Source of the DNA: an uncultured Acidobacteriota bacterium
Lineage (GTDB): Bacteria; Acidobacteriota; UBA6911; RPQK01; JAPXNP01
Direction of reading: 5' to 3'
DNA: 64,000 nucleotides
Assembly (NCBI GenBank): GCA_963777605.1
Contig: CAVZRV010000027.1
Location: 352,001 to 416,000, forward strand
The notes beneath the pieces were generated by a model. That model made no database searches. It was not told the origin of the DNA and was given only the letters and a program-made list of their open reading frames with translations. How positions within the stretch are numbered: the first letter of the stretch is position 1; each line of letters opens with the position of its first letter. This document shows, piece by piece, positions 12,361 through 23,334 of the stretch. Made by a program: the position numbers and the translations under genes.

Positions 12361-13974
12361 ATGTTTTCTCTTAAACCAGTCGTGCCCGGATTCCGAGGCT
12401 CCATCCAGGAAATCACAGAACTGCTTTCCATCGTGGACCTCCAGTACTTCGAAACTGTCGTTCTACCCGAATACCTGCAGCGGTGCCGCTGGTTCGGCGG
12501 GAAGACCCGCCGTCTTCGGGCAGTCCACGTGGCCGACACCTGCTTTCTCGATGGAGGCCCAACTGCCCTTTGTTTCATCGAGGTGGACTACCTGGACGGA
12601 GAGCCGGAGTACTACTCGCTTCCCCTGATGATCACGAAGAACACGGCAGCAACAGCTGAGCCGGGTTCCCACGACTGGAAGATCGCTTCCTGTTCCGATA
12701 CCGAAGACCTTGTCCTTTGCGAGGCCACCGGGTCCGACGCCTTTCAAGCCGGGCTCTTTCACCTCTTCGCGGAAGCGACTACCGGGACCGGCCGAGGCCG
12801 GGTCGAGGCCTCCATCGATCGCGACGATCTCTCCTGGGATCATTGTCCTGCGACCCGACGCCTCCTCGGGGCCGAGCAGAGCAACAGCTCGGTGCTGTAT
12901 GGGAACCGCCTGCTCGTGAAATTGCTCCGAAGGCTACGCCCCGGAATCAATCCGGAAGTCGAAGTCGGAAGGGTGCTATCCCGCCAACGATTTCGACACA
13001 GTGCCCGCTTGATCGGTGACCTGGAGTACGACTCCGGTTCCGACTTGCGGTGCACCCTCGCCGTCGCCCAGGAGTTTGTACCGAACCGGGGAGACGCCTG
13101 GGAGTTCACGCTGCGGCAACTTGAAGGTTTCTACGACCGGGTGACAGTGGCCCGGGAACCCACCCCCGGGCACCCGGATCCAGTCACCAGCTCAGACCCG
13201 CCTGCCCCATCGCCCCGGGACCGCAAGCTGGTCGGACTCCCCTTGGAGCAGGGCGCCCTGCTGGGCAGGCGCACGGCCCAATTGCACCGCGCCCTCGCTG
13301 CCGAAACGGATTGGCCAGGGTTTCTCCCGGAACCGGTTGACAACGCTTTCAGGTCCCGGTTCCATGAAGCAGTCTCAGGGAGTCTGGCTGCGAGCCGGGC
13401 CGATCTGGAACGACTCGGCAACGGCCTGGCACCGGCCACTGTCGATCGGGTCCGAACCCTGATCCGGCGCTGGGACAGACTGAATGCGCCCATCGATCAA
13501 CTCCGAGAAAGCGACCTCTCCGCTGCACGAATCCGAATCCACGGGGACTTCCACCTCGGACAGGTGCTGGTCCAGGATGGCGATTTCGTCATCATCGACT
13601 TTGAAGGTGAGCCACTTCGCCCAGTCGAGGAACGACGGGAGAAGAAGCTCGCACTGACCGACGTCGCCGGGATGCTCCGGTCCTTTCAGTACGCGGCGTG
13701 TGCAGCCCTGCTTCGGCGTTCACCGCCCAGTTCCGCGAGCGATTTGATGCCATGGGCACGCTACTGGGCAAATCAGGTTTCCTGCGTCTACTTGCGAGCC
13801 TACCTGGAGGAGTCGAAGGGGGCGTCATTCCTTCCCTCGAGTTCAGGCGAAACCGACCTCTTGCTTCGATGCTGCCTGATCGACAAGGCACTCTACGAAC
13901 TGCGATACGAACTCAACAATCGGCCTTCATGGGTCGACATCCCTCTCGAGGGACTCCTTGGCCTCGCCGCGTAG
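12361..13974 (+). CDS. Maltokinase (Mak/Pep2-like, as in TreS fusions)
   Basis: RWFGGK N-terminal domain, AEQSNSS, RIHGDFHLGQVL, IIDFEGEP, DVAGMLRSF, KALYELRYELNNRP; TATAAT at 12345-12350. Confidence 0.88.
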   Translation: MFSLKPVVPGFRGSIQEITELLSIVDLQYFETVVLPEYLQRCRWFGGKTRRLRAVHVADTCFLDGGPTALCFIEVDYLDGEPEYYSLPLMITKNTAATAEPGSHDWKIASCSDTEDLVLCEATGSDAFQAGLFHLFAEATTGTGRGRVEASIDRDDLSWDHCPATRRLLGAEQSNSSVLYGNRLLVKLLRRLRPGINPEVEVGRVLSRQRFRHSARLIGDLEYDSGSDLRCTLAVAQEFVPNRGDAWEFTLRQLEGFYDRVTVAREPTPGHPDPVTSSDPPAPSPRDRKLVGLPLEQGALLGRRTAQLHRALAAETDWPGFLPEPVDNAFRSRFHEAVSGSLAASRADLERLGNGLAPATVDRVRTLIRRWDRLNAPIDQLRESDLSAARIRIHGDFHLGQVLVQDGDFVIIDFEGEPLRPVEERREKKLALTDVAGMLRSFQYAACAALLRRSPPSSASDLMPWARYWANQVSCVYLRAYLEESKGASFLPSSSGETDLLLRCCLIDKALYELRYELNNRPSWVDIPLEGLLGLAA

Positions 13975-14034
13975 CGTCCTGCCGGGCTGGCAACAAGAGA
14001 GCCGAGCCATGGCTGGTTCGGCACGGTTCCGAGC

Positions 14035-14589
14035 CTACTGTATCGAGTAGCGCCACAAGGACCGATTCAGGAGCCTGCCCCAATCGTCATCGTAGGGATG
14101 GACCGCGGAGACCTCCCGGCCGTCACGGAAGACCGGCCTGCCCTCGTTGGCCCATTTGAAAATCGAGCCCTCAAGATTGTAGACATTGGTGAAGCCGGCC
14201 TCCATCAACTGATCGGCCAGCCGGGAGGATCGATAGCCGACGGAGCAGTAGACAACGATAAATGCATCGCGATCCGGGGTACTACTCTCCACTTCAGCGA
14301 CGCTCTCGGCCCTCTTCGCGCCCTGGAGATGGCTTACCGCATATTCCTCCTCTGATCGGCTGTCGATCAGAATCGGTACCTTCCCCTGCGGTTCTTGCAG
14401 GTCAGCCGCGAGCTTCTCAGTCGAAAGTTGCCGGACCTCCGGATACCGGGAGCGGATCTGCTGGAGAAGGTCACTCCATTGCGGCTCGCTTCCTCCCTCA
14501 CAGGACACAACCGCAATGATACTCAGGGCCATCGTGAGCCAGAACACAGTGTGTTTCAATAGCGTCCCTTTCGCCGGCAGATTTTCCAT
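14035..14589 (-). CDS. Exported rhodanese-like domain protein
   Basis: N-terminal hydrophobic segment ending VVS-C; VYCSVGYRS active-site loop, NLEGSIFKW; TGATG coupling to upstream gene. Confidence 0.85.
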   Translation of the reverse strand: MENLPAKGTLLKHTVFWLTMALSIIAVVSCEGGSEPQWSDLLQQIRSRYPEVRQLSTEKLAADLQEPQGKVPILIDSRSEEEYAVSHLQGAKRAESVAEVESSTPDRDAFIVVYCSVGYRSSRLADQLMEAGFTNVYNLEGSIFKWANEGRPVFRDGREVSAVHPYDDDWGRLLNRSLWRYSIQ

Positions 14590-15368
14590 CAGCAAGAGAT
14601 TACACCAGAGAGGTAATCGACCGCCGATCCCGTGATCAACACGCGCTCTCCGTCGTCCTGGCAGATGAGGTCGCCGCCCCGGGACGAAATCTGCCTGGCC
14701 CGGAGCCTCGACTTGCCGAGGCGCTTCGCCCAGTAGGGGGTCAACGTACAGTGAGCAGAGCCGGTGACCGGATCCTCCGGAACGCCGACCCCGGGAGCGA
14801 AGAAGCGGGATACGAAGTCAACCGAATCTCCGGGCGCCGTAGCAATAATGGCAAAAACGCCGAGCCGCAGGATTCTCTCAAAGTCAGGCCGGAGAGCCGC
14901 CACGTCCGCTTCGGACTCGAAAACCGCCATGAAGTCCCTTGCTTCGTGGGCTTCCCCCGGCTGCCCGCCAAGCGCCTCGGCGAGTTCGGCGGTCACCACC
15001 GCAGGGCGAGGGGGGCGAGCCGGGAAATCAAGCCTGTATCCCTCCTGTGTTTGATCCACCGCCAAACGGCCGCTACGGGTCGAAAACTGGATCCGTTCGC
15101 CCCGCACACGGCCGCGGCTGAAAAGCACGTGAGCGGCCGCCAGCGTGGCGTGTCCGCACAGGTCCACCTCGGAAACCGGTGTAAACCAGCGCAGGTCAAA
15201 ACCATCCGGCGACTCGAGAACGAAAGCCGTCTCCGAAAGATTGTTCTCGGCAGCTACAGCCTGCAAAATGGGATCATCCACGGCTTCGGTCAAAAGCACG
15301 ACGGCAGCAGGATTCCCGCGGAAAACACGGTCGGTAAACGCATCGACCTGGAAAATCAGAAGTTCCAT
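14589..15368 (-). CDS. PhzF family isomerase (DAP-epimerase fold)
   Basis: QVDAFT..GNPAAV, NLSETAF, EVDLCGHATLA, EDPVTGSAH. Confidence 0.93.
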   Translation of the reverse strand: MELLIFQVDAFTDRVFRGNPAAVVLLTEAVDDPILQAVAAENNLSETAFVLESPDGFDLRWFTPVSEVDLCGHATLAAAHVLFSRGRVRGERIQFSTRSGRLAVDQTQEGYRLDFPARPPRPAVVTAELAEALGGQPGEAHEARDFMAVFESEADVAALRPDFERILRLGVFAIIATAPGDSVDFVSRFFAPGVGVPEDPVTGSAHCTLTPYWAKRLGKSRLRARQISSRGGDLICQDDGERVLITGSAVDYLSGVISC

Positions 15369-15440
15369 GGGCCCTTATCCTGCCACTCGAGTGCATCGGC
15401 GGCAAGAGAGCCCGAAGGGCCTCTGCATTCCCGTTGAAGC

Positions 15441-16409
15441 CTAACGACGTTCGACGTCGATGCTGCCACCCGATGTCCGCAGTGTCAGGCGGAGCCCACC
15501 ACCGTTGATGGATCCGCTCACTTTCGACTTCCCTACCGTTCCGACAACCGAAACCGGGATGTCGGTCTGGACGTTCCCACCCGAGGCCTCGGCGTCAAGT
15601 GTCAGTCTGATGTCCTCCGGAACTGCAACAGTCACGTTTCCTCCTGATGTACCCAGGTAGCAGTCACCGGACGGCTGACGGGTCAAAGTCGCGTGAACGG
15701 ACCCACCCGAGGTGCGGGCATCGACGGTACCGAAAGCGCCGTCCAGGTCGATATTGCCGCCTGAAGTGGAGACCTTTGCCTTGCCCCGCACTTCGCGCGC
15801 CTCGATGGACCCGCCGGAAGTCTCAGCGTCGAGATCACCAGCCACGTCCCCAACCGAGATGGAGCCCCCTGAGGTCGAAAGACGGGCATCACGCGTTGAA
15901 CCGGCCAGCTCGATCCCGCCGCCGGACGTTTCACCCAGAACTGTCCCGTTGATGTGACCGATCCGAATATTTCCTCCGGAGGTCCGGCTTTGAACGTCCC
16001 CAGACAGGTCGGCAACCGAGATCCCTCCGCCGGACGTTTCAAGGTCCGCATTGAAGACCTCAGGCACCTGCACATCGATCAAAATTCCCCGGTTCCCCCA
16101 GCTAAACCATGACGAAATCTTTCGCCGAACCTGGATATGGACGATCACCTCGTTGCCTGACTGCTGAACATCTACCGAATAATCACGGTCGAAATCTTCC
16201 TCAGACCAGCCCGGTGCCGAAATCGAAACGTCAACGGTGGGACTCGCGTGAACGTCAACAGAGATCACGGAACGTTCCGCCCGGACTTTGAGAAGGCCAC
16301 CCGGACTGACGTTGAAACTCTTCTCTAGATCGACCGCCCCATAGAGTCCGCTTGAAACGATAACTACCATAAACACCAAGGTTGTACCCAGAATCGATCT
16401 CCGCTTCAT
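15441..16409 (-). CDS. Secreted DUF4097-family beta-strand repeat (putative adhesin) protein
   Basis: Signal peptide; repeated [TA]SGG-x-[IV] units about every 19-22 aa; GGAGG SD before ATG 16409. Confidence 0.85.
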   Translation of the reverse strand: MKRRSILGTTLVFMVVIVSSGLYGAVDLEKSFNVSPGGLLKVRAERSVISVDVHASPTVDVSISAPGWSEEDFDRDYSVDVQQSGNEVIVHIQVRRKISSWFSWGNRGILIDVQVPEVFNADLETSGGGISVADLSGDVQSRTSGGNIRIGHINGTVLGETSGGGIELAGSTRDARLSTSGGSISVGDVAGDLDAETSGGSIEAREVRGKAKVSTSGGNIDLDGAFGTVDARTSGGSVHATLTRQPSGDCYLGTSGGNVTVAVPEDIRLTLDAEASGGNVQTDIPVSVVGTVGKSKVSGSINGGGLRLTLRTSGGSIDVERR

Positions 16410-16533
16410 GACGTTGCCTCCCATCAAAACTCCTCAAGATCTGCCGTCAAGAGACAAGAACGCAGAAAACGGACCGGAAGTTCACTGCCGGCTCAGGATG
16501 TCTTTCGCCGGGTTGAACGATAGAATCATCTAT

Positions 16534-17467
16534 ATGGAGATGCGAACACTTGGAAAGACGGAACTTGAAGTATCGGCAATGGGTTTTGGGGGCGCTCCGA
16601 TCGGCTACCTTGATGAAACTGCCGATCGGGCTCGGCGGGTCCTCGAACGACTGCTGGATGGCGGAGTCAACCTGGTGGACACGGCAGCCTGCTATCCCGG
16701 CTCTGAAGCGCTCATTGCCAAGGCAATAGGACATCGCCGCAAGGACTACGTGCTGGTCACCAAGTGCGGACATCGGTGCAGAAGATATCGACGCCCCCGA
16801 GTGGTCGCCCGAGTTAATCGAGGAAAGTATCAATCGATCGCTGCGGCTTCTGGAGACCGACTATATCGACGTCGTCTTGCTCCACTCCTGCGAACGGGAA
16901 GTCCTCCAGCAGGGTGACGCGATCGGTGCGCTGGTCCGGGCCCGGGACGCCGGCAAAGTACACTTCATTGGATACTCGGGTGACAATGAGACCGCTGCTT
17001 ACGCGATGTCCATTCCCGAACTCGCAGTACTCGAGACCTCCGTCAACATCTGCGACCAGGCGAACATCGACATTTCGCTGCCCGCCGCCGTCGCCAATGG
17101 AGCCGGGGTTCTGGCGAAGCGGCCGTTGGCCAATGCCGCCTGGAAAGCCGCTTCCCTTCAGAGAGGAATCTACCGAAACTACTCCGAACCCTACTCGGCG
17201 CGTCTGGCACTGATGCACCTTGATCCGTCCACTCTCGGATTCCGTGGCCTGCACGACGAGGAACTGCAACGGATCGCGCTTCGCTTCACGACCAGCGTGC
17301 CAGGTGTTAACTGCGTGCTCGTGGGCACGACGAATCCGGCTCACGTCGAAACCAATCTGAAAGTGATCGAAGAGGGTCCCCTCCCCGAAAACGTCTACGC
17401 GGCAGTACGGCAAGCGTTCTCGGAAGCCGAGTCCAAGGCCGATACCAGGTGGCGCGGTCTGACCTGA
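16534..17467 (+). pseudogene. Aldo/keto reductase split by a +1 frameshift at ~16774 (sequencing error or pseudogene)
   Basis: LGKTELEVSAMGFGG...GVNLVDTAACY...VLVTKCGH in one frame, then GAEDIDAPEWSPELIEESINRSLRLLETDYIDVVLLHS in the next; joined length ~310 aa, typical of an AKR. Confidence 0.8.
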
Positions 17468-17505
17468 GGGTTGAGGAAGGCGCTCATTTCAGGCAAGCTT
17501 GGCTC

Positions 17506-17835
17506 ATGAAGCTGGTGATCGGAGGCGCTCTGGGGCTTGCGGTGGTGGTTCTCGTGGGCGGGTGGCTGGGCTACTCGGCAGCGGGGGGGCTGGTTTCCCT
17601 GGTCAGCAGCGTGTGCGTCGCTGGCCTCCTGGTCATCTTCGCGAACTTTTCGCGCCGGGCGGTCAAGTATGAGTACGCCACCATCGTTGTGAACTTTCTC
17701 GTTGCGATCTACTTCGCTTATCGAATGATTGCCAGTGAGCGGTTCATCCCCAGTGGAATTCTGCTGGTAGTCTCCTTCTTCTTTCTGTTCTTGATGCTGT
17801 TGGGGATCTTCCTGGACCTCAGCCGCGCCAAGTAG
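17506..17835 (+). CDS. Small multi-pass membrane protein (TMEM14-like)
   Basis: Four hydrophobic helices; GGWLGY...SLVS and RFIPSG motifs. Confidence 0.55.
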   Translation: MKLVIGGALGLAVVVLVGGWLGYSAAGGLVSLVSSVCVAGLLVIFANFSRRAVKYEYATIVVNFLVAIYFAYRMIASERFIPSGILLVVSFFFLFLMLLGIFLDLSRAK

Positions 17836-17839
17836 CGAT

Positions 17840-19450
17840 TCAGATCACTTCGTCGGGATAGTCACCCATTACGATCACTCGCCGGAACGGTTCCCTGCCC
17901 CGGCTCTCGGACCTCAGTCCGTGCTCTTGAATCAACTCGTGCTGAAGACGACGATGGTAGGAATTCTGCGGTGAGAGTTCGATGGAGTGACTACCGCGCT
18001 GAACCTGGACGATGGCATCTTCGGCCTGGTTCAGCACCACGTCCAGCAGTTCCTGTTCCGGATCCTGATTCGACCGGCTTGGAAAGTGCTCCTGGAGGAA
18101 GAACTCGATCTGCGAAAGGGTATTGCTCTTGATCGTGAAGAATTCCACGCCCTGGTCGAGGGCCTGTTGAAGCTTTTTGGGCTCTTTTCTTCGCTGGGCC
18201 TTCAAGCTGAGCACGACGTCGGCGTTGATCGGCTGATCGGTGATCTTGACCGGACTGCGGAGGGCGCGGATGGCCTTGTCCAGCCGGCTCCGGCTGATCC
18301 CAATCGGGTAAATCCGGACCGGCCGTCGCAACCGCCCTCGCGAGTAGGGAGAGGAGCCCCGTCCCGCCGCAGGCATCCGGGTTCCATTCTCATCAGACGG
18401 CGACTCCACTGGGGCGGGCTGACTTTCGACGTGAAAGGTACCGCCGAGGTCCCGGATGCGCACCTCGGGCTGAACCGGCCGGCCAGCCAGGTGACGATCG
18501 ACTACCCATCCGATTTCAGGATAAATGGCGAGCCGATTTCGGTCCTGAATCTCAACCAGAATGTCGAATGTAGGTGGTGCCTTCCGCTCCAGGATCGTTT
18601 TCTGAGTTCCTCTCCTCCGTGCCTCGTCGTCCCCGAGAGTAACCGGCTGGATGCCGCCGACGAGGTCGGAGAGGGTTGGATTCATGATCAGGTTGTCCAG
18701 GGTGATTCCGTGAGCAGTAGCGACCAGCTGGACGCCCCTCTCGGCGATAGTGCGGGCTGCGGCCGCTTCCCGCTCGTTGCCGATCTCGTCAATCACGATG
18801 ACTTCGGGCATGTGGTTCTCGACCGCCTCGATCATGACCGCGTGCTGCAGTTCGGGAGCCGGAACCTGCATCCTGCGGGCGTGCCCAATCGCCGGGTGAG
18901 GCACGTCGCCGTCTCCGGCGATCTCATTGGAGGTATCGACCACCACCACGCGCTTGTCCAACTCATCCGCCAGAACACGGGCCGCTTCCCGCAAGAGAGT
19001 CGTCTTGCCTACTCCCGGCGGGCCCAGCAAAAGGAGGCTTTCACCACGCTCGATGACATCACGAATGATATCGACCGTGCCGGTGATAGCCCTCCCGGCG
19101 CGGCAGGTAAGGCCCACCACCTCACCGTGCCGGTTCCGCATGGCGCTGATCCGGTGCAGCGTTCTCTCTATTCCGGCCCGGTTGTCCCCCGTGAAGGACC
19201 CCACCCGGCCGACAACGTGATCCAGGTCTTCCCGGGTGACCTCGAACTCCTCAAAGTAGACGACCCGTCCCGGAAATCGGGCTTCCGGTGGGCGCCCCAA
19301 ATCGAGGACGAACTCGATCAACTCGGCAATACCGTCCTCCTGATCGAGGACGCTCCGGATATGGACCGGCAGGATGTCGAGCAGAAGAAAGAGCTCATCC
19401 GTGACCTCTCCCCGATTACTCTTTGGCAAAGGTTTGGTTCCCTGTGGCAT
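17840..19450 (-). CDS. SpoIIIAA/Ycf45-like AAA ATPase with C-terminal R3H domain
   Basis: [49 protein letters not shown]; R3H motif RRLQHEL...[12 protein letters not shown]. Confidence 0.92.
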   Translation of the reverse strand: MPQGTKPLPKSNRGEVTDELFLLLDILPVHIRSVLDQEDGIAELIEFVLDLGRPPEARFPGRVVYFEEFEVTREDLDHVVGRVGSFTGDNRAGIERTLHRISAMRNRHGEVVGLTCRAGRAITGTVDIIRDVIERGESLLLLGPPGVGKTTLLREAARVLADELDKRVVVVDTSNEIAGDGDVPHPAIGHARRMQVPAPELQHAVMIEAVENHMPEVIVIDEIGNEREAAAARTIAERGVQLVATAHGITLDNLIMNPTLSDLVGGIQPVTLGDDEARRRGTQKTILERKAPPTFDILVEIQDRNRLAIYPEIGWVVDRHLAGRPVQPEVRIRDLGGTFHVESQPAPVESPSDENGTRMPAAGRGSSPYSRGRLRRPVRIYPIGISRSRLDKAIRALRSPVKITDQPINADVVLSLKAQRRKEPKKLQQALDQGVEFFTIKSNTLSQIEFFLQEHFPSRSNQDPEQELLDVVLNQAEDAIVQVQRGSHSIELSPQNSYHRRLQHELIQEHGLRSESRGREPFRRVIVMGDYPDEVI

Positions 19451-19489
19451 TCGTTTACAGCCACTATCTTATCAGGCGACGGGGCGCCA

Positions 19490-20830
19490 TCACTTGGCCC
19501 CGACTATCTCCAGAACCGTTGCAGTCATGGCCCGAATCCCGGTCCGCAGGGTCGGCTCCGGATCGGGGGCGAACTGGCTGGAGTGAAGCGGTGGCAGCGC
19601 TAATCCACCGTCCTGGGAGGCTGCTTCCACGCGGGCCGGGTTGACCGCTCCCAGCCAGAAAATGCAGGTTGGGATCTCGTCGTTGAGACGGTAGCGTGAA
19701 AAATCCTCGCCCGCCATGACCGGATCAACCTCGACAACGTTCGCCTCACCCAGTTCGCTCTTCCAGACCGGAACGAGGCGCTTGACCAGATCGGGGTCGT
19801 TATACGTGGACGGCGTGTATTCGCCTTCCGAAATGGAAACGACGGGAGCCAGATTGTCTGGAATCCCGGCAGCCTGGGCGGTTCCCGCAGCGATACGCCG
19901 AATCGAGTCGAGCACGATCTTCCGGACTTCCGGCTTGTAAGTGCGCACCGTCAACTGCAAATCGACGAAGTCGGGGATAACGTTGTGTTTGGCCCCGCCG
20001 TGAATGGATCCAACCGTGACCACGGCCGGTTCGAGCGGTGAAACCGTCCGGCTGACGATCGTCTGAAGGGCCAGCACGATTTGGGCGGCCAGCACGACCG
20101 GGTCCTTGGTCCGGTGCGGGTAGGCACCGTGCCCGCCCATTCCACGTACGCGAATGTCAACCGAATCGACGCTGGCCAGCACGAATCCGGGCCGATATCC
20201 GATCTTTCCGGCCGGCAGATCGGCCGAGACATGCAGTGCCAGGGCGTAGTCAGGACGAGGGAACCGCTCGTAAAGGCCGTCGCTCAGCATGGCCAGGGCT
20301 CCCGCCCCCCGCTCCTCAGCCGGCTGCCCGATCATGACGAGCGTTCCCTTCCAGTCGTCCCTGTTCTGGGAGAGAACTTTGGCGGTACCGAGGAAAACCG
20401 ACATGTGCATGTCGTGCCCACAGGCGTGCATCACGCCCGTCTCGACCCCTTGCTCGGTGCGAACCTTTACGGCGCTCGAGTAGTCCACCCCGGTCTTCTC
20501 GTCTACCGGCAACGCATCCATATCTGTCCGAACCATCACCGTGGGACCATCTCCGTTCTTCAAGACACCGACAACTCCGAACGCCAGCGCTGCCTGGTCC
20601 CGGTAACGACCAACGTGCTGGGTTACCTCGAAGCCATAATTCTCGAGGTACCGGGCCACCAATTGAGAGGTCTTCTCCTCCTGGTAGGAGAGTTCAGGGC
20701 TCCGGTGGAGCCCCTTGTACAGCTCAACCAGTTCCTTCAGATCAACGGACGATGGCTCCGTCAACCCTGCGGCCGCAACCCAACTTAGAGAAGCCAGCAG
20801 GATCGAACACGCGATAATCAGCCTTCTCAT
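19490..20830 (-). CDS. Secreted M20D amidohydrolase
   Basis: Signal peptide; RTDMDALP, MHACGHDMH, QPAEE, GGHGAYPH, GEDFS, LHS. Confidence 0.92.
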   Translation of the reverse strand: MRRLIIACSILLASLSWVAAAGLTEPSSVDLKELVELYKGLHRSPELSYQEEKTSQLVARYLENYGFEVTQHVGRYRDQAALAFGVVGVLKNGDGPTVMVRTDMDALPVDEKTGVDYSSAVKVRTEQGVETGVMHACGHDMHMSVFLGTAKVLSQNRDDWKGTLVMIGQPAEERGAGALAMLSDGLYERFPRPDYALALHVSADLPAGKIGYRPGFVLASVDSVDIRVRGMGGHGAYPHRTKDPVVLAAQIVLALQTIVSRTVSPLEPAVVTVGSIHGGAKHNVIPDFVDLQLTVRTYKPEVRKIVLDSIRRIAAGTAQAAGIPDNLAPVVSISEGEYTPSTYNDPDLVKRLVPVWKSELGEANVVEVDPVMAGEDFSRYRLNDEIPTCIFWLGAVNPARVEAASQDGGLALPPLHSSQFAPDPEPTLRTGIRAMTATVLEIVGAK

Positions 20831-20974
20831 CAAAGCTACTCCCATTCGGCGAAGGCACAACCGGACCACCATCGATCGGATCGTGCGCAGTAAGGACGAA
20901 TCCCATCACTATAGCAGGAGAGAGGAAGGTTCCTCCTCAACTCAACGAATCTGGAATAATACAGTCACTCAACC

Positions 20975-21865
20975 ATGAAAAGACTCATCATCAGTTTTCT
21001 CCTGTCCACGTTTGTCCCGATCGCGGTATTCGCGCAGAATCCCGCTGAAAGGACGACACTCCAAAAAGTGATGCAGATTTACCAGACCCGGGGGAGCATC
21101 ACTTTTTCCGACCTCTATAACAGCGATCAGTTCAATCCGGAGGAAAAGGCGTTCCTCGGGCGCCTGTACGAAGTCTTCTTCGCCATCCCGGCCTATCTGA
21201 AAGAAGACTTCGAGTCCACAGGCCAGGTCCCGTCTCGCACCCGGATCGGCAGCCATTTCGGCATTAGTCCCCAGTCGGCGAGCCTCCTGCTTTCGGTAAT
21301 GGAGAAAGACGGCCGGATACCGAAGATGTTCACTCGGGATTCCGCCACCCAGGAGATCACTGCCCTCAACCTTGCGAACATCGACCTTTTCATCAAGAGC
21401 AAGGGAGACTCGGTCAAAATGACTCAGTGGGAAGGACAGCCGCTACCACGGTTCTCGATCCAACTGCTGAATGGCGAAACTCTCGACAGCAGCCAGCTAC
21501 GCGGAAAACCGGCGGTGATCTACTTCTGGTTCACGGGCTGCCCCCCGTGCGTCCGTATTGCCCCTATTCTGGCATCTTTGCACTCCGAATACGGAGGCGA
21601 AGGCATCCTGTTTGTCGGGCTAAACGCCGACGAACAGCTGGAAATCGCGACCGATGACGCGTCCAGGCTGCAATACCTGGAAAAACAGGGCATTCGGTTT
21701 CAAAATGGGAACGTCGACGAGGCGACCCAGAAGAGCTTCGGAAACATAAACGTGTACCCAACCCTTTTCTTCGTCTCGGCCGACGGAACGATTGTGAATC
21801 ACATGGTCAACTTTCAGCCGCGCGAGAAGCTGGAGCCGGTGATTAGGAAGCTCCTTGGAGAGTAG
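20975..21865 (+). CDS. TlpA/redoxin-family thioredoxin-fold protein with an unknown N-terminal domain
   Basis: Signal peptide; YFWFTGCPPC, YPTLFFV cis-Pro loop; ~130-aa unassigned N-terminal domain. Confidence 0.8.
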   Translation: MKRLIISFLLSTFVPIAVFAQNPAERTTLQKVMQIYQTRGSITFSDLYNSDQFNPEEKAFLGRLYEVFFAIPAYLKEDFESTGQVPSRTRIGSHFGISPQSASLLLSVMEKDGRIPKMFTRDSATQEITALNLANIDLFIKSKGDSVKMTQWEGQPLPRFSIQLLNGETLDSSQLRGKPAVIYFWFTGCPPCVRIAPILASLHSEYGGEGILFVGLNADEQLEIATDDASRLQYLEKQGIRFQNGNVDEATQKSFGNINVYPTLFFVSADGTIVNHMVNFQPREKLEPVIRKLLGE

Positions 21866-21948
21866 AACGGAGTCTGCATTGAGGAGATCTCGTGGTGGAA
21901 CGGCCTGAATGAACCCAAATTCCGTTCCTGCAGTCAGATAATCCGAGC

Positions 21949-23226
21949 ATGTCTCTGTATCGTGAAGTTGGACCCGCAGCAGCGATTTTCCTGGTGGTGG
22001 GGAATATTGTCGGGATCGGCATCTACACCACGTCGGGCCTGATTGCCGGAGAACTCGGAGCGACCCCGTGGCTGGTCGGGATATGGGTTTTGGGCGGCCT
22101 TCTGGCCCTGGTTGGAGCTGTCTGTTACTCAAGGCTCGGCGTCCTCTTTCCTAAGGCCGGTGGGGAATACGCTTTTCTTCGCCCGACCTTCGGCCCCCTG
22201 GCTGCCTTCTTGTCGGGCTGGGCTTCCCTCTTCATCGGGTTTACGGCTCCTATCGCCGCGTCGGCCTTGGGGTTGGCGCATTACATGCACGGATTGCTGC
22301 CGTTTGACCCGGCAAATAACGGCCTCACTCTCCGACTGAGCGCTGCCGTAACGCTGGTTACAGTTGGGATTCTGATCTCGTTCGGGTTGAGAGCCGGCAA
22401 CCGTCTTCATTCCCTGATCACGATCCTCAACATCGGACTCCTCGTTGCCTTCGCGGTCCTGGTCCTCAGCAAGGAGACACTTGCGGGTGGGAACCTGTCC
22501 CGATCGCTGGCTGGAAGCTTCAAGCCTGACAATTTGCCCGCACTCGGATCGGCCGTCGTCCTGGTTCTGTTCTCCTACAGCGGCTGGAATGCGGCGGCGT
22601 ATATCGGTGAGGAAATTAAGAAACCCGAACGAAATCTGCCCCTGGCCCTTCTGGTGGGAACTTTCACGGTTGTAATTCTCTACGGACTGATCAACCTTGC
22701 CTATTTCTCCTCGGTGCCGCTGAGCGACCTTTCCGGACAGGTGGCGGTTGCCGAAATTGCCGCGGAGGCTACTTTTGGTGCGCTTGGAAGGACGCTGGTC
22801 AACCTGCTCATCCTGTTCTCGATCCTGAGTTCCCTCACAGCGATGTCGATTGCGGGTCCCCGAGTTTACTTCGCAATGGCACGGGATCGACTCTTCCCAG
22901 GCTGGCTGGCGGAAGTCGATCCCCGTCGCAAGATTCCGATCCGGGCCATCTGGTTTCAGACCGGAATTGCGCTTTGCTTCGTGGCGGTAGGCAACCTGTA
23001 CCAGATTCTGGTCTATTCCGGATTCATCATGATTCTGTTCAGCACCCTGACGGTCGCTGCACTCTTCAAGGTGACCCGCTACCGGTTGCTACCGACGATC
23101 TTCATCACCGCCAACAGTGCCGTGATGATCAACGCCGCGATCAGCAATCCCGTCGAAACCGCCGCCGGACTCGTGACCGTCGCGGCGGGACTCCCGGTTT
23201 ACTGGTATTACCGACGGGTTCAATGA
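21949..23226 (+). CDS. APC-family amino acid permease
   Basis: VGNIVGIGIY, AGGEYAFL, FSYSGWN, EEIKKPERNLP, GPRVYFAMARD; ~12 TM helices. Confidence 0.92.
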   Translation: MSLYREVGPAAAIFLVVGNIVGIGIYTTSGLIAGELGATPWLVGIWVLGGLLALVGAVCYSRLGVLFPKAGGEYAFLRPTFGPLAAFLSGWASLFIGFTAPIAASALGLAHYMHGLLPFDPANNGLTLRLSAAVTLVTVGILISFGLRAGNRLHSLITILNIGLLVAFAVLVLSKETLAGGNLSRSLAGSFKPDNLPALGSAVVLVLFSYSGWNAAAYIGEEIKKPERNLPLALLVGTFTVVILYGLINLAYFSSVPLSDLSGQVAVAEIAAEATFGALGRTLVNLLILFSILSSLTAMSIAGPRVYFAMARDRLFPGWLAEVDPRRKIPIRAIWFQTGIALCFVAVGNLYQILVYSGFIMILFSTLTVAALFKVTRYRLLPTIFITANSAVMINAAISNPVETAAGLVTVAAGLPVYWYYRRVQ

Positions 23227-23334
23227 CTCCTATTCGGGTTCCCGAACTTTCGCGATAGGGGGTCCAGTCCAAGGGAAGAACAGGCCAGGAAAACCAACGT
23301 CGGCAACAGGGACCGAACCGGAGCGACTGTCCAA

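Noticed and set aside
15441-16409. Regularly spaced DNA repeats in the DUF4097 gene, and likewise in the CRTAC1 genes at 31040-34614
   Set aside because: They are degenerate codon-level echoes of protein repeats (TSGG, DxDxDG), not CRISPR or mobile-element repeats.
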